Source: Lachnospiraceae bacterium (lineage in GTDB: Bacteria > Bacillota > Clostridia > Lachnospirales > Lachnospiraceae). From it: a stretch of 53,117 nucleotides of DNA. Shown piece by piece: positions 29,802 through 39,626 of the stretch. The translations under genes were made by a program, and so were the position numbers. Within the stretch, counting starts at the first letter, position 1. The number at the start of each line of letters is the position of its first letter. The stretch spans positions 1-53,117 of the forward strand of contig JAFTEI010000134.1 of assembly GCA_017453965.1 (NCBI GenBank), given 5' to 3'. The notes below the pieces were generated by a model. It saw only the letters and a program-made list of their open reading frames with translations. It searched no databases and had not been told where the DNA came from.

Positions 29802-31151
29802 TCAAAGCAGGATATTCTCGATCAGCTGTGCCAGCTCCCTTGCATCCTTTTCTATAAGCGCCTGGTCCTTGCCCTCGATCATGACCCTGACCAGGGGCTC
29901 GGTCCCCGAAGGACGTATAAGCACCCTGCCCTCCCCGGCGTATTTTTTTTCGAGCTCGGCAATCGCATCCACTATCTCGCTGTACTCGTTATATTTCTCC
30001 TTTAAATGGTTGGGAACATTGGCATTGACAAGAGCCTGCGGCAGCACCTCCATAATGCCGGAGAGCTCCGAGAGCTTCTTTCCCGAAAGCTTTACCACCT
30101 CCAGAAGATGAAGGGCACTTAAGAGACCGTCACCTGTGGTGTTCTCATCGAGAAAAATTATATGACCCGACTGCTCTCCTCCTAGGGAGGCCCCGATCTC
30201 CTTCATCCTCTCCAGGACGTATCTGTCTCCCACCTTGGTCTGCTCTATCCTGATGCCCTTTTCCTTTCCCATGAGAAGGAAGCCCAGGTTTGTCATCACA
30301 GTGACGACTATTACGTCTCCCTTGAGGTTTCCCTCTTCCCGCATATGGTTTCCGATTATAGCCATTATCTGGTCGCCGTTGACGATCTTTCCGTTTTCAT
30401 CGCAGGCCAGGAGCCTGTCCGCATCCCCATCGAAGGCGAGGCCGAGATCGGCCTTCTCCATCACCACTCTGGCGCAGAGCTCCTCCATATGGGTAGAGCC
30501 GCAGTTGGCATTTATGTTTGTCCCGTCGGGATTGTTGTGGATAGCCACCACCTCCGCCCCGAGCTCCTTCAGGGTCTCGACCGAAGTATAGTGGGCCGCC
30601 CCTTCCGCGCAGTCGACCACTATCTTCATCCCTGCGAGATCCGTCTTGATCTGCTTCATTGAATGGTTAATATATTCTTCCCTGGCATCCTGACGGAACT
30701 TCATCTTTCCGACTCTGGAGCCGGTGGGCTGGGGCAGATCCTTATTGTTATTTCTGACGTAGGACTCTATCTCGTCCTCGAGCTCGTCGGACAGCTTATA
30801 CCCATCCCCGTTGAAAAACTTGATGCCGTTGAACTCCACCGGATTGTGCGAGGCGGAGATGACAACTCCGGCATCCACCTTATATTTTCTGGTAAGATAG
30901 GCTATGGCGGGAGTAGGCAAAACTCCGACGTACACCGCGTTCGCTCCCACTGAACAGATACCCGCCATGAGCGCATTAGCCAGCATACCTCCTGAAATAC
31001 GTGTATCGCAGCCCACCATTATGGTCGGCCTGTACGCCCTCTGCTCGGTCAGCACATAGGCCCCCGCTGCCCCCAGCTTCATAGCCAGCTCCGGGGTCAG
31101 CTCAGTATTCGCGACTCCTCTTACTCCATCAGTTCCAAATAATCTTGACAT
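29802..31151 (-). CDS. glmM: Phosphoglucosamine mutase
   Basis: [38 protein letters not shown]; follows cdaA-cdaR. Confidence 0.97.
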   Translation of the reverse strand: MSRLFGTDGVRGVANTELTPELAMKLGAAGAYVLTEQRAYRPTIMVGCDTRISGGMLANALMAGICSVGANAVYVGVLPTPAIAYLTRKYKVDAGVVISASHNPVEFNGIKFFNGDGYKLSDELEDEIESYVRNNNKDLPQPTGSRVGKMKFRQDAREEYINHSMKQIKTDLAGMKIVVDCAEGAAHYTSVETLKELGAEVVAIHNNPDGTNINANCGSTHMEELCARVVMEKADLGLAFDGDADRLLACDENGKIVNGDQIMAIIGNHMREEGNLKGDVIVVTVMTNLGFLLMGKEKGIRIEQTKVGDRYVLERMKEIGASLGGEQSGHIIFLDENTTGDGLLSALHLLEVVKLSGKKLSELSGIMEVLPQALVNANVPNHLKEKYNEYSEIVDAIAELEKKYAGEGRVLIRPSGTEPLVRVMIEGKDQALIEKDARELAQLIENILL

Positions 31152-31190
31152 TTTATTCCTCCGCTAAGGGGTTTTACCCCTTGTGTTCTT

Positions 31191-32576
31191 TTAATTTACT
31201 TCCTCTGGGGAGCTGCTCTCCTCCGTGGTTCCTGGCAGGATATCCGTTCCCACTGCTTCGGTCGCGGGCAGCTGTTCCGTCACTTCTGGATTTTCAGCCA
31301 CCTGCACCAGCACTGCTATGGTCACAGGCGTATCTCCGGCGTAAACTCCCGACGGATACGTAAAGCTTACGGGCAGCTCATATACATTGGGAACCAGACT
31401 TCCCTCTCCCTCCGGCGGTATTATCGCTTTTACATCCGCCGTGCCTCTGATCGTCAGAGGATTTAGAGATACCAGATTTTGCTCGAGTCCCCTTACCGGC
31501 ACCTGTACCTCTGTTCCCATTTCCGTAACCGTCGCCCTCATGCCCTCGGGCACGTTTTCAATGGTGATATTAGCCACCGGCACGTTGACCGTTATGCTGT
31601 TCAGCCTGGCGATAGGTATCTCTATCTCCGCCTCGGTCTCCTCATCCATTATACGTATCGACGCCGCAAGATACCTTCTCAGATCCAGGGTCAGCTTCAC
31701 GCTTTCCGCGGCCCCGGTGATATCAATGGCGCTTTCGGGCACCTTCAGTACCTCGGTCTCTTCCAGCAGATCGTCATCCGCGGTTATGGTAAGGGTATTT
31801 ATGGAGCTTATGGGACTACCGGATACCGCATAGCCCTCTGCCGGCATACCGGAGTAGCTTATCTCGACCTCTATTTCCTTAGTTCCGTAAATGCCTACAT
31901 TTACAGTAGTCCTCTCTATGGAAAGCTCGAGGCCCTCATCATCTATCGTTTCTTCGTCATCGTCATATAAAACAAGGGCTTCACTGGACCGGATATCACT
32001 GGACATACCCGAGACATCCACCGATACTCCGGCATGGTCTATCCTGTCCACAATGGATTTGGGACCTGATACCCTTACCACATTGCTGTCAGCCTTGATA
32101 TTTCCTATCGTGTACCCCTCCGCAGGCTCCCCCGACGTCGTGGGCCTGATCCTGATCTGCTTGCGGATAAGGTCCTCGACGGTTACGTGGATCACACTGG
32201 TCCGCGGAGTTATATTTGCGATACGATCCGAATACTTCGTTGCCCTTACCTCGACCGGAAGCGTATTATTTTCCAGGTCCGCCATATCCACCGAGGCATA
32301 GAAATTGTCTCTCGAAAGCTGGTTTAAGACCGATCTCTCAGCGCGGACTGATATGCTTATAGTCTGATTGTTGCCGGGAATCTCAAAGGCCTTCCCCTGG
32401 CTTGTCATAAGCTCCGCATTCTCCACATGCAGGGGAATGGCAGTAAAGTTCATCACCATCACGGGATTGTCTATGCTTATCACGACGATCCACAGCAGCA
32501 GGGCGATGATCAGCGATAATATCTTGAGTCCGGCATTCTCAGTGAGCTTCCGGCCTATCTGTTTCAATGCCTTCAT
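31191..32576 (-). CDS. cdaR: CdaR / YbbR-like regulator of diadenylate cyclase
   Basis: N-terminal KILSLIIALLLW anchor, repeated YbbR domains (GEPAEGY, VSGP); position between cdaA and glmM. Confidence 0.88.
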   Translation of the reverse strand: MKALKQIGRKLTENAGLKILSLIIALLLWIVVISIDNPVMVMNFTAIPLHVENAELMTSQGKAFEIPGNNQTISISVRAERSVLNQLSRDNFYASVDMADLENNTLPVEVRATKYSDRIANITPRTSVIHVTVEDLIRKQIRIRPTTSGEPAEGYTIGNIKADSNVVRVSGPKSIVDRIDHAGVSVDVSGMSSDIRSSEALVLYDDDEETIDDEGLELSIERTTVNVGIYGTKEIEVEISYSGMPAEGYAVSGSPISSINTLTITADDDLLEETEVLKVPESAIDITGAAESVKLTLDLRRYLAASIRIMDEETEAEIEIPIARLNSITVNVPVANITIENVPEGMRATVTEMGTEVQVPVRGLEQNLVSLNPLTIRGTADVKAIIPPEGEGSLVPNVYELPVSFTYPSGVYAGDTPVTIAVLVQVAENPEVTEQLPATEAVGTDILPGTTEESSSPEEVN

Positions 32577-33466
32577 TTCCCACCTCCGGAATTCTTCCTG
32601 TCCTTATTCTTCCAGAACTTCAGCTTGCCGTTTTCCGCAGCGGTACTCTTGTTCTGCAGCTGCGAAAGTCTCTCTCTCAAATATATCGAATCCACGTTCC
32701 TGGACAGACTGCCCTCGTAGGCTATCGATATCCTTCCCGTCTCCTCGCTGACGATTATGGTAAGCGAGTCAGTGACCTCTGATATGCCCACACCCGCCCT
32801 GTGTCTCGTACCAAGCTCCTTGGAGAGGTCCATATTGTCCGAGAGCGGAAGATAACAGGTCGCCGAGATCACCCTGTCCCCCCGGACTATGATAGCTCCG
32901 TCGTGAAGTGGTGTGTTGTGCTCAAAAATATTGATGAGCAGCTGGCTGGAAACGATGGAATCCAGCTCTATTCCAGTCCTTATGTACTCGGTCAGATTGT
33001 CGTTCTGCTCTATGACTATGAGGGCTCCTGTACGCGCCTTGCCCATTTCAAGGCTCGCCCGCACTATCTCATTTACTGTCGTATCGGAAAATCTCTCTGT
33101 TGAATTCTGCGCCATCTGTGCAAAGAAGGAGGAAAACAGATTTTTACGGCCTATGACATCCAGGGCGCGCCTCAGCTCGGGCTGAAAGACTACGATCAGC
33201 ATGATCAGCACGACATTGATGGCATTCCTTACGATCCACATTATCGTGTTCATCTGGAAGATATAGGCAAAGAAAATAAAAAAGGCAATGACGATTATGC
33301 CCCGGAGAACCGACCAGGCCTTCGTATCCTTTATCCAGACCAGTATCTCGTAGATCAGAAAGGATATGATAAGTATTTCGACATAGTCGGTTATAACCAT
33401 TCGGGGAATGGAATCAAAGGATATGTACTTTTGCAGGAAGTTTATTAATGAGCTAATCCCTGTCAT
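32573..33466 (-). CDS. cdaA: Diadenylate cyclase CdaA
   Basis: 3 TM helices; FQPELRRAL, TPLHDGA, LGTRHRA, VSEETG. Confidence 0.96.
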   Translation of the reverse strand: MTGISSLINFLQKYISFDSIPRMVITDYVEILIISFLIYEILVWIKDTKAWSVLRGIIVIAFFIFFAYIFQMNTIMWIVRNAINVVLIMLIVVFQPELRRALDVIGRKNLFSSFFAQMAQNSTERFSDTTVNEIVRASLEMGKARTGALIVIEQNDNLTEYIRTGIELDSIVSSQLLINIFEHNTPLHDGAIIVRGDRVISATCYLPLSDNMDLSKELGTRHRAGVGISEVTDSLTIIVSEETGRISIAYEGSLSRNVDSIYLRERLSQLQNKSTAAENGKLKFWKNKDRKNSGGGK

Positions 33467-34403
33467 GTGCCCTCACCCTTGCCCTGCTTATCCTTTTCAC
33501 CTGCCTGTCTGTAGCGGAGACCATGAGCTTGGGGACCGCCTTGACATGATAATAATATTCTTCGTCTTCAAACTGAACATACTCCGTTCTCGTATAGTCG
33601 ACTGAGAACAGGAAAAACTGCAATATCAGGGCTATGATGATGGCGAGTAATACCCCAAGTAAGACAGAGGGTACTGAAATTCTTACATTTAAAGCCGCTC
33701 CGGCAAAGAGCATGGTTATTATCTCAATTACAGCTCCGGTGGCTATCGCTATATACCAGGCATAGTTAATGGAGAGCCGCCTTATTATATAGACAACTAC
33801 CACGGTCACCGCAAAGGTAATGATATACACCAACGCCGTCTTGTCTGACACGATGCCGCTGATCATGGAACGGGCCTGATCCGCCAGCGGGAGATCTCCT
33901 GGATTTTGTATGGCCGATTCGTTGGCCGTCATATAGGTCAGAAGGAAATAGACAGCTGTTCCGCAGGCTGCCGACAGGGCAGAGAGGGGGTTGCTGACAA
34001 GCCCCAGGCATATGGGAATCACATAGGGCACGTGGCACACGAAGGCCAGCGGCGTAAATATCACCGCCACAGCGCTGTCCGAGGAAAATCTCAGGAATAT
34101 CAAAAAGAGTATGATAAATAATAATACCGCTATCGCAGCGGCAATAAGGGATAGTCTGTACAAATGCAGACAGATGATCGCTGCAGCGAAAAGTATGATG
34201 ATATTGACCGGAAGAAAGGCATTTACCAGCGCCATCATTATCGCAAGCACCGGATTGGCCAGATTCTCCATATAGCCGAGTCTTTTATTTATTACGAGAT
34301 ATGTGATAAGGGCAAGGATAAATTTCAATACCGGCGTAATGAATATCTCATATCTGCCGTATATTACCTTCAGCCTTTCCTTTATCAGCAGCAATTCTGC
34401 CAT
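33453..34403 (-). CDS. Conserved polytopic membrane protein
   Basis: Multiple TM segments and C-terminal DYTRTEYVQFEDEEYYYHVKAVPK. Confidence 0.75.
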   Translation of the reverse strand: MAELLLIKERLKVIYGRYEIFITPVLKFILALITYLVINKRLGYMENLANPVLAIMMALVNAFLPVNIIILFAAAIICLHLYRLSLIAAAIAVLLFIILFLIFLRFSSDSAVAVIFTPLAFVCHVPYVIPICLGLVSNPLSALSAACGTAVYFLLTYMTANESAIQNPGDLPLADQARSMISGIVSDKTALVYIITFAVTVVVVYIIRRLSINYAWYIAIATGAVIEIITMLFAGAALNVRISVPSVLLGVLLAIIIALILQFFLFSVDYTRTEYVQFEDEEYYYHVKAVPKLMVSATDRQVKRISRARVRAHDRD

Positions 34404-34427
34404 TTCATGGCTCCTATCATATACGTT

Positions 34428-34829
34428 TTATAATTTAGAATCCGAAGCATCGTACATCGCGGCAAGGCGCCTCAAGGCATTGTTATAGCTTTTTACGCTC
34501 TTTTTTGCCACATTGTACCGATAAGTATAAATCAAAAAAGAAACAAAGAGATAGACGCCAAGAATGACCGCATACAGCGACAACAGCTTTCTGCCGATCT
34601 CCTTGATATCCATCTTATAAACCTCTGCAAGGAGTGTATCTATGTTGCAGAAGATATACAAGCCCAGGACGATACCGAAAGCTATTGTAACGCTTACAGC
34701 GGTCTTTACCATGTTAAAACCCACATAATCGCTTCTGAAATAGTGCGATATGGGTATCATCTTCTTCCCCTCGGTATCCTCATAGGATGCCATCCGGGTC
34801 ATCAGCTTTATCCTGCTTTCATCCAACAT
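34428..34829 (-). CDS. Conserved small membrane protein
   Basis: MLDESRIKLMTRMASYE...YFRSDY, two TM segments. Confidence 0.75.
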   Translation of the reverse strand: MLDESRIKLMTRMASYEDTEGKKMIPISHYFRSDYVGFNMVKTAVSVTIAFGIVLGLYIFCNIDTLLAEVYKMDIKEIGRKLLSLYAVILGVYLFVSFLIYTYRYNVAKKSVKSYNNALRRLAAMYDASDSKL

Positions 34830-34854
34830 GTTCTGTCAAATCCGCTACCTTGAC

Positions 34855-35271
34855 TCAAAGGAATCGCATCTTCGAAGGACCCTTGCCGGTGGGCTTCGGA
34901 GGCTCAGGCTTGGGTGCCGCGGGCTTGGCTATGGCGTTGTTCAGCCCCTTTGCAATGTTGTTCTTGCACTGATCGCAGAAACGCCCGGAAATTATCGGCT
35001 TTCCGCAGTTCTCACAGGTAAGCTCCGAACCTTCGACAGTCGCAAAGGTAAGCCTCTCCTCTCTGAGCCACTGCCTGATCTGTCCGACCTCGACCTCGCA
35101 AGCCTCGGCAGTTACCGCTACCGTAGCCGAAGGGTTATCCATAAGATACTCCTTGACCTTCTGAAAATCATCTTCAGACTTCCTCTGGCAGTCAGGGCAA
35201 ATTCCCATACCTGCTATATAATTGAACAGCTTTCCGCATTTCCTACAGTTTCTTACATCCATAGCTTTCAC
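34855..35271 (-). CDS. Flagellar operon zinc-finger protein (YvyF/TIGR03826-like)
   Basis: NCRKCGKLF...CPDC...VKEYL...CENCG..I.SGRFC..C; directly after comF. Confidence 0.85.
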   Translation of the reverse strand: MKAMDVRNCRKCGKLFNYIAGMGICPDCQRKSEDDFQKVKEYLMDNPSATVAVTAEACEVEVGQIRQWLREERLTFATVEGSELTCENCGKPIISGRFCDQCKNNIAKGLNNAIAKPAAPKPEPPKPTGKGPSKMRFL

Positions 35272-35278
35272 CCCATCC

Positions 35279-36007
35279 TCAATCTTTAGATACGCCTATA
35301 GCCAGCGTGGCAGCGTAGACCTTCTTAGCTCCCGCTTCCTTTAAAACACGGGCAACCCCGTCTATAGTGCTGCCTGTGGTAAATATGTCATCCACCACTA
35401 TAATTGAATCTAATTCTACATCATCTTGCCCTATTTTAAAAGCCTTTTTCAAATTTTTCCGTCTTTCGTAGGCCCCCAATTCCTTTTGTGCCGTAGTGGC
35501 TCTGACTCTCCGGACCAAGTCGGGCTTCATCGGAATCTTAAGCAGCGCTGAGACCTCCTGAGCCAGCAGCTGTGCCTGGTTAAAGCCTCTCTGCAAAAGC
35601 TTTTCCGAATAGAGGGGGACCGGGACTATGAGCCCGGCGGTGCGCATATCCCGCCTTGCGGCTATGGCCTTGGCCAGCTCACGCCCGTAATAAGCGGCAT
35701 ATTCCTGCCTGTTGCCGTATTTGAACCTGTATATTGAGGCCTTCATCTCTCCCCTGTACATATATACCGATACCCCTGAGTCGAAGTCGTGCTTTTCCTC
35801 CCTGCAGTGCCTGCAGAACGCATCTTCTTCCCTGTATATGGGTCTGCCGCATTTAAGACAGTAAACCGGCCCAACCTTTTGCAGGACTTTCGTGCAGTGC
35901 TTATGGATACGGCCCTCTCCGAAGGCCAGTATCCCGTCACAGACAGGACAGCGCCCCGGATAAAGCAGCTCCAGAAGCACCCTCCCTATATTGTTTTTAA
36001 GATTCAT
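35279..36007 (-). CDS. comFC: ComF family phosphoribosyltransferase-like protein
   Basis: N-terminal Cys clusters; VPVPL, RGFNQA, VVDDIFTTGST. Confidence 0.9.
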   Translation of the reverse strand: MNLKNNIGRVLLELLYPGRCPVCDGILAFGEGRIHKHCTKVLQKVGPVYCLKCGRPIYREEDAFCRHCREEKHDFDSGVSVYMYRGEMKASIYRFKYGNRQEYAAYYGRELAKAIAARRDMRTAGLIVPVPLYSEKLLQRGFNQAQLLAQEVSALLKIPMKPDLVRRVRATTAQKELGAYERRKNLKKAFKIGQDDVELDSIIVVDDIFTTGSTIDGVARVLKEAGAKKVYAATLAIGVSKD

Positions 36008-38236
36008 TCAGTTTTCCTCTATCCGATAGGATCTTTCCAGAGCGAATCGCAGGCCCGTGTATCTGAGCTGCTCGCGATCGTTTCTGATCATAGACATGAC
36101 AGTTTTTTTGCTGCCAATAAGAACGACGCACCTTTTGGCCCTGGTGATCGCCGTATATAAGATATTTCTCGTCATAAGCACATCGGGCCCCGACAGGATC
36201 GGAACTACTACCGCCGGATATTCGCTCCCCTGGGATTTATGTATGGTTATAGCAAAGGAGAGCTCCAGCTCCGACAGCCTCTCCCTGGAATAGACCGCGG
36301 CCCGTCCGTCGTCAAAAAGCACCTTAAGGGTCTCTGAATCGTAAATATCGGTGACCGTACCCATGTCCCCGTTAAAGACACCCTTTCCGCTTTCCCGGAG
36401 GGCGCTGTCCGGCCTGTCCATGAGCCAGTTCAGCTCATAGTTATTCTTGATCTGCATAACCTTGTCCCCGATGCGGAAGGAGCCGGAGCTGCCTTTAAGC
36501 TCCTCTCCATCGGAACTTACGGGATTTAAGGCCGCCCTGAGTTTTTCATTGAGATTGACGATACCCAGAGCCCCCTTTTTCATGGGAGCCATGACCTGTA
36601 TCTCGTAGGGATTTATGCCGAGGTATCCGGACAGCTTTTTTTGTACGAGGTAGATTATGCCCTCTATAATGCGGTCCTCATCCTCCATCTCAAGGAAATA
36701 GAAGTCCCCGCTGTTTTTATTGTCGATATGTATGTCGCGCCCTTCGAGCATCGCGTGGGCATTTTTAACGATATCCCTTTTTTCCGCCTGCCTGAAAACA
36801 TGCCTCAGGGGTATTACCTTTATAACTCCGCTGTCTATTATGTCCTTCAAAACGGCCCCCGGCCCCACACTCGGCAGCTGCTTGTCATCGCCGACCATTA
36901 TAAGGCGGGTGCCCGGAGCTATGGCGCTCAGCAGGGCATGAAACAGATAGGTGTCCACCATGGACATTTCATCTATTATCACGACATTGGTCTCCAGGGG
37001 ATTTTCCGCATTTCTGTCGAACTGGATAAAGGTCCTGTCCTCGTCCTCGATCCCCCCGTTTACCTCCAGCATCCTGTGGATAGTCGTAGCCGGAACCCCC
37101 GTGGCCTCCGACAGACGTTTAGCGGCTCTTCCCGTGGGCGCGGCAAGAGTCACAAGCATACCCCTGGAGCCGTAATAGCTTAAGAGCACTCTTATCAGCG
37201 TCGTCTTTCCGGTTCCCGGCCCTCCCGTTATGACCAGGACACCGTTCCTGATGGCTTCGGCGACGCCGTCTCTTTGCACCGGGTCAAGGGTGATGCCCGA
37301 CAGTACCTCGCTGCGCGCTATCTCGTCTTCAACGCTCACCGACTCACTGTCGATGGCTTCATCTATATCGTGGAGCAGCATCGCGCACTCGCTTTCCTTG
37401 CGGTAAAGCTCCGTCGGGTAGATATATGAAACAGCCCCGTAGCGCTTCTGCACAACTCTTCTGTTCATTATGAGGTCAGCGAGTCCGTCCGATACCGCAG
37501 CCTCCGCCTCCAGGAGCTCTGAGGCCCTGTTCATGAGCTCGGAAGCGGGAAGACAGACGTGGCCGTCCGAGCGCGCCCGGCTTAGGACGTAGATCAGGCC
37601 GGCCCTTATCCTCGAGGGGGAATCCTGGGCCACCCCGGCCCTTTTGGCTATGTCGTCCGCGATCTTAAACCCTATTCCCTCCATATCCTCCGTCAGCGAA
37701 TAGGGGTCGTTTTTTATCACGAAAAATATATCCTCGCCGTATTTTTCATAGAGCCTTAAAGCCAGACCACCGGAGATCCCATATTCCGCAAGCTGCATCA
37801 TGACTCTGCGGGTATGGGATTTTTCTTCAAAGGAAAGGGCTATCTGCCTGGCCTTATTTTCGGATATCCCCCTGATCTCGGCCAGCCGTTCCGGCTCCTC
37901 CTCCATTATCCTGAAGGTATCAGCTCCGAATTTCGATACGATCCTCTCCGCAAGGGCCGCCCCGACTCCCTTTATGGCTCCGCTGGCGAGGTAGCGCTGC
38001 ATTGCGGGAGCTCCCTGAGCCTCGAGCTCGCGCCAGGATACGGCCCTGAACTGCCTGCCGTAGCGGGAATCCTCCACGAATTCCCCCTCTGCAGAGATCT
38101 CGATTCCGGCCTCAATAGCAGAAAAGGTGCCCACTACGGTCACCTTTGCGTGATTGCTCTCTACGTTTAAAACTGCATATCCGTTGACGGGATTTTGATA
38201 AATGATGTTTTCTACAAAACCATGAATTTCAGACAT
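36008..38236 (-). CDS. recD2: ATP-dependent RecD2 helicase
   Basis: N-terminal HhH region (IKGVG, GIGFKIAD); GGPGTGKT, IDEMSM, QLPSVGPG, TIHKSQGSEY. Confidence 0.95.
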   Translation of the reverse strand: MSEIHGFVENIIYQNPVNGYAVLNVESNHAKVTVVGTFSAIEAGIEISAEGEFVEDSRYGRQFRAVSWRELEAQGAPAMQRYLASGAIKGVGAALAERIVSKFGADTFRIMEEEPERLAEIRGISENKARQIALSFEEKSHTRRVMMQLAEYGISGGLALRLYEKYGEDIFFVIKNDPYSLTEDMEGIGFKIADDIAKRAGVAQDSPSRIRAGLIYVLSRARSDGHVCLPASELMNRASELLEAEAAVSDGLADLIMNRRVVQKRYGAVSYIYPTELYRKESECAMLLHDIDEAIDSESVSVEDEIARSEVLSGITLDPVQRDGVAEAIRNGVLVITGGPGTGKTTLIRVLLSYYGSRGMLVTLAAPTGRAAKRLSEATGVPATTIHRMLEVNGGIEDEDRTFIQFDRNAENPLETNVVIIDEMSMVDTYLFHALLSAIAPGTRLIMVGDDKQLPSVGPGAVLKDIIDSGVIKVIPLRHVFRQAEKRDIVKNAHAMLEGRDIHIDNKNSGDFYFLEMEDEDRIIEGIIYLVQKKLSGYLGINPYEIQVMAPMKKGALGIVNLNEKLRAALNPVSSDGEELKGSSGSFRIGDKVMQIKNNYELNWLMDRPDSALRESGKGVFNGDMGTVTDIYDSETLKVLFDDGRAAVYSRERLSELELSFAITIHKSQGSEYPAVVVPILSGPDVLMTRNILYTAITRAKRCVVLIGSKKTVMSMIRNDREQLRYTGLRFALERSYRIEEN

Positions 38237-38635
38237 TTATGACAATTCCGAAGACTGATCCTCAGCCTGCAGCTGAGCCGCAGTGACGGCTCCCTCGCCG
38301 TTTCTCTTCATCTGCTCATAGAGCATCTGGGCGATACCCATACCGGACTGCTCCGACGTCGTCGAGGCCATCTCCTTAACCATCTGCTCCTTATAATAGT
38401 CCACGAGAGTGCTGGTGGCCTGTGAGCTGTAGTTCTCCTCGGGAATGGTCTTGATCATCTCTTTATAGACCTGCTCGATAAAATAGGATTCAAACTGCTT
38501 GCAGGCATTCATCAGCTCTTCATCGGTGGCTTTTTCAAAATTTTTATTCACCGCGTTCGATGCCCCGGAGCTAAGCGCCTCCGACGCCGCATTCTTCGCC
38601 AGCAGGGACGAATACATATTAGAGGAAATCTCCAT
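38237..38635 (-). CDS. flgJ: Rod-binding protein (FlgJ N-terminal type)
   Basis: LMNACKQFESYFIEQVYKEM...GMGIAQMLYEQM; follows flgG. Confidence 0.85.
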   Translation of the reverse strand: MEISSNMYSSLLAKNAASEALSSGASNAVNKNFEKATDEELMNACKQFESYFIEQVYKEMIKTIPEENYSSQATSTLVDYYKEQMVKEMASTTSEQSGMGIAQMLYEQMKRNGEGAVTAAQLQAEDQSSELS

Positions 38636-38711
38636 TTATTTATCTCCTATATCAAGGGGGTTATATCCCCGGCAAGACTTATCTACAGCCTTAAAAAAAC
38701 TACCCCGTCAC

Positions 38712-39545
38712 TTACCTCAACTGGTTGGCCTGCTGAAGCATCTCGTCCGTAGCCTGGATCGCCTTGGAATTCAGCTCATATGCCCTCTGTGCTATTATAA
38801 GGTTTACCATCTCATCCGCAACCTGTACGTTGGAATTCTCCAGGTAGCCCTGCCGCACGACGGAATCGTCCAGCGCCGCGTTGGTCGCCTCGTTAAGAGC
38901 CGGGCCGGAGGCCGCGGATACCTCATAGAGGCTGTCTCCCACCTTATTCAGGCCCTTGGGATTCTGAAACTGGAACAGCCCTATGGCAAGGTTGTTGACC
39001 GGCTGGGGATTATTATTTGCGTCGGGATACATTATGGCGCCGTCTGCCGAGACCACTATCTTATTGGCAATTACCTGCTCTCCGTTTACCGTTGCAGGCA
39101 TGGTTATCGGTACGCCCTGGGAGGAGAGCACCTGCTGTCCGTCCGAGGTACTGAGCTGAAGCGTCCCTCCGGGCCCTAAGGAGAAATTGAAATCTCCGTT
39201 TCTGGTGTAATAGGTCTGCCCGTCCTCTCCCCGAACCGCAAAGAAGCCCTTTCCGGAGATTGCAAAGGCCGTATTGCTTTCGGATTCCAAAAGAGAGCCC
39301 TGGGTAAATTGCGAGGTTATAGAGGCGTTCCTCACACCGAGACCTACCTGGGCCCCGATCGGCTTATTGTCTCCGTTGGCCGTAGAGGTCCTGGTCTGTA
39401 TATTCTGATAGAGCAGAGACTTGAATTCATTGGTCTCTGTCTTATAGCCTGTTGTATTTACGTTTGCGAGATTGTTCGCTATCGTATCCACATTATTCTG
39501 CTGGGCGATCATGCCCGTTGCCGCTGTCCACAATGAACGTACCAT
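38712..39545 (-). CDS. flgG: Flagellar basal-body rod protein FlgG
   Basis: SLWTAATGM, IANNLANVNTTGYK, YTRNGDF, LENSNV, AQRAYELNSK; start ATG at 39545 after AGGAGG. Confidence 0.92.
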   Translation of the reverse strand: MVRSLWTAATGMIAQQNNVDTIANNLANVNTTGYKTETNEFKSLLYQNIQTRTSTANGDNKPIGAQVGLGVRNASITSQFTQGSLLESESNTAFAISGKGFFAVRGEDGQTYYTRNGDFNFSLGPGGTLQLSTSDGQQVLSSQGVPITMPATVNGEQVIANKIVVSADGAIMYPDANNNPQPVNNLAIGLFQFQNPKGLNKVGDSLYEVSAASGPALNEATNAALDDSVVRQGYLENSNVQVADEMVNLIIAQRAYELNSKAIQATDEMLQQANQLR

Positions 39546-39562
39546 CGTCAATTACCTCCTAT

Positions 39563-39617
39563 TATTGAAGGGCGTTTCATCCCCAGTAATATCTGACTTA
39601 TAGCTCATAGCTACTCC
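39563..39617 (-). repeat. 55-bp junction element, copy 3 (mini-ORF 39552-39608, MSYKSDITGDETPFNNRR)
   Basis: 50/55 identical to copy 1, no indels. Confidence 0.95.
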
Positions 39618-39626
39618 TCTACTTTA

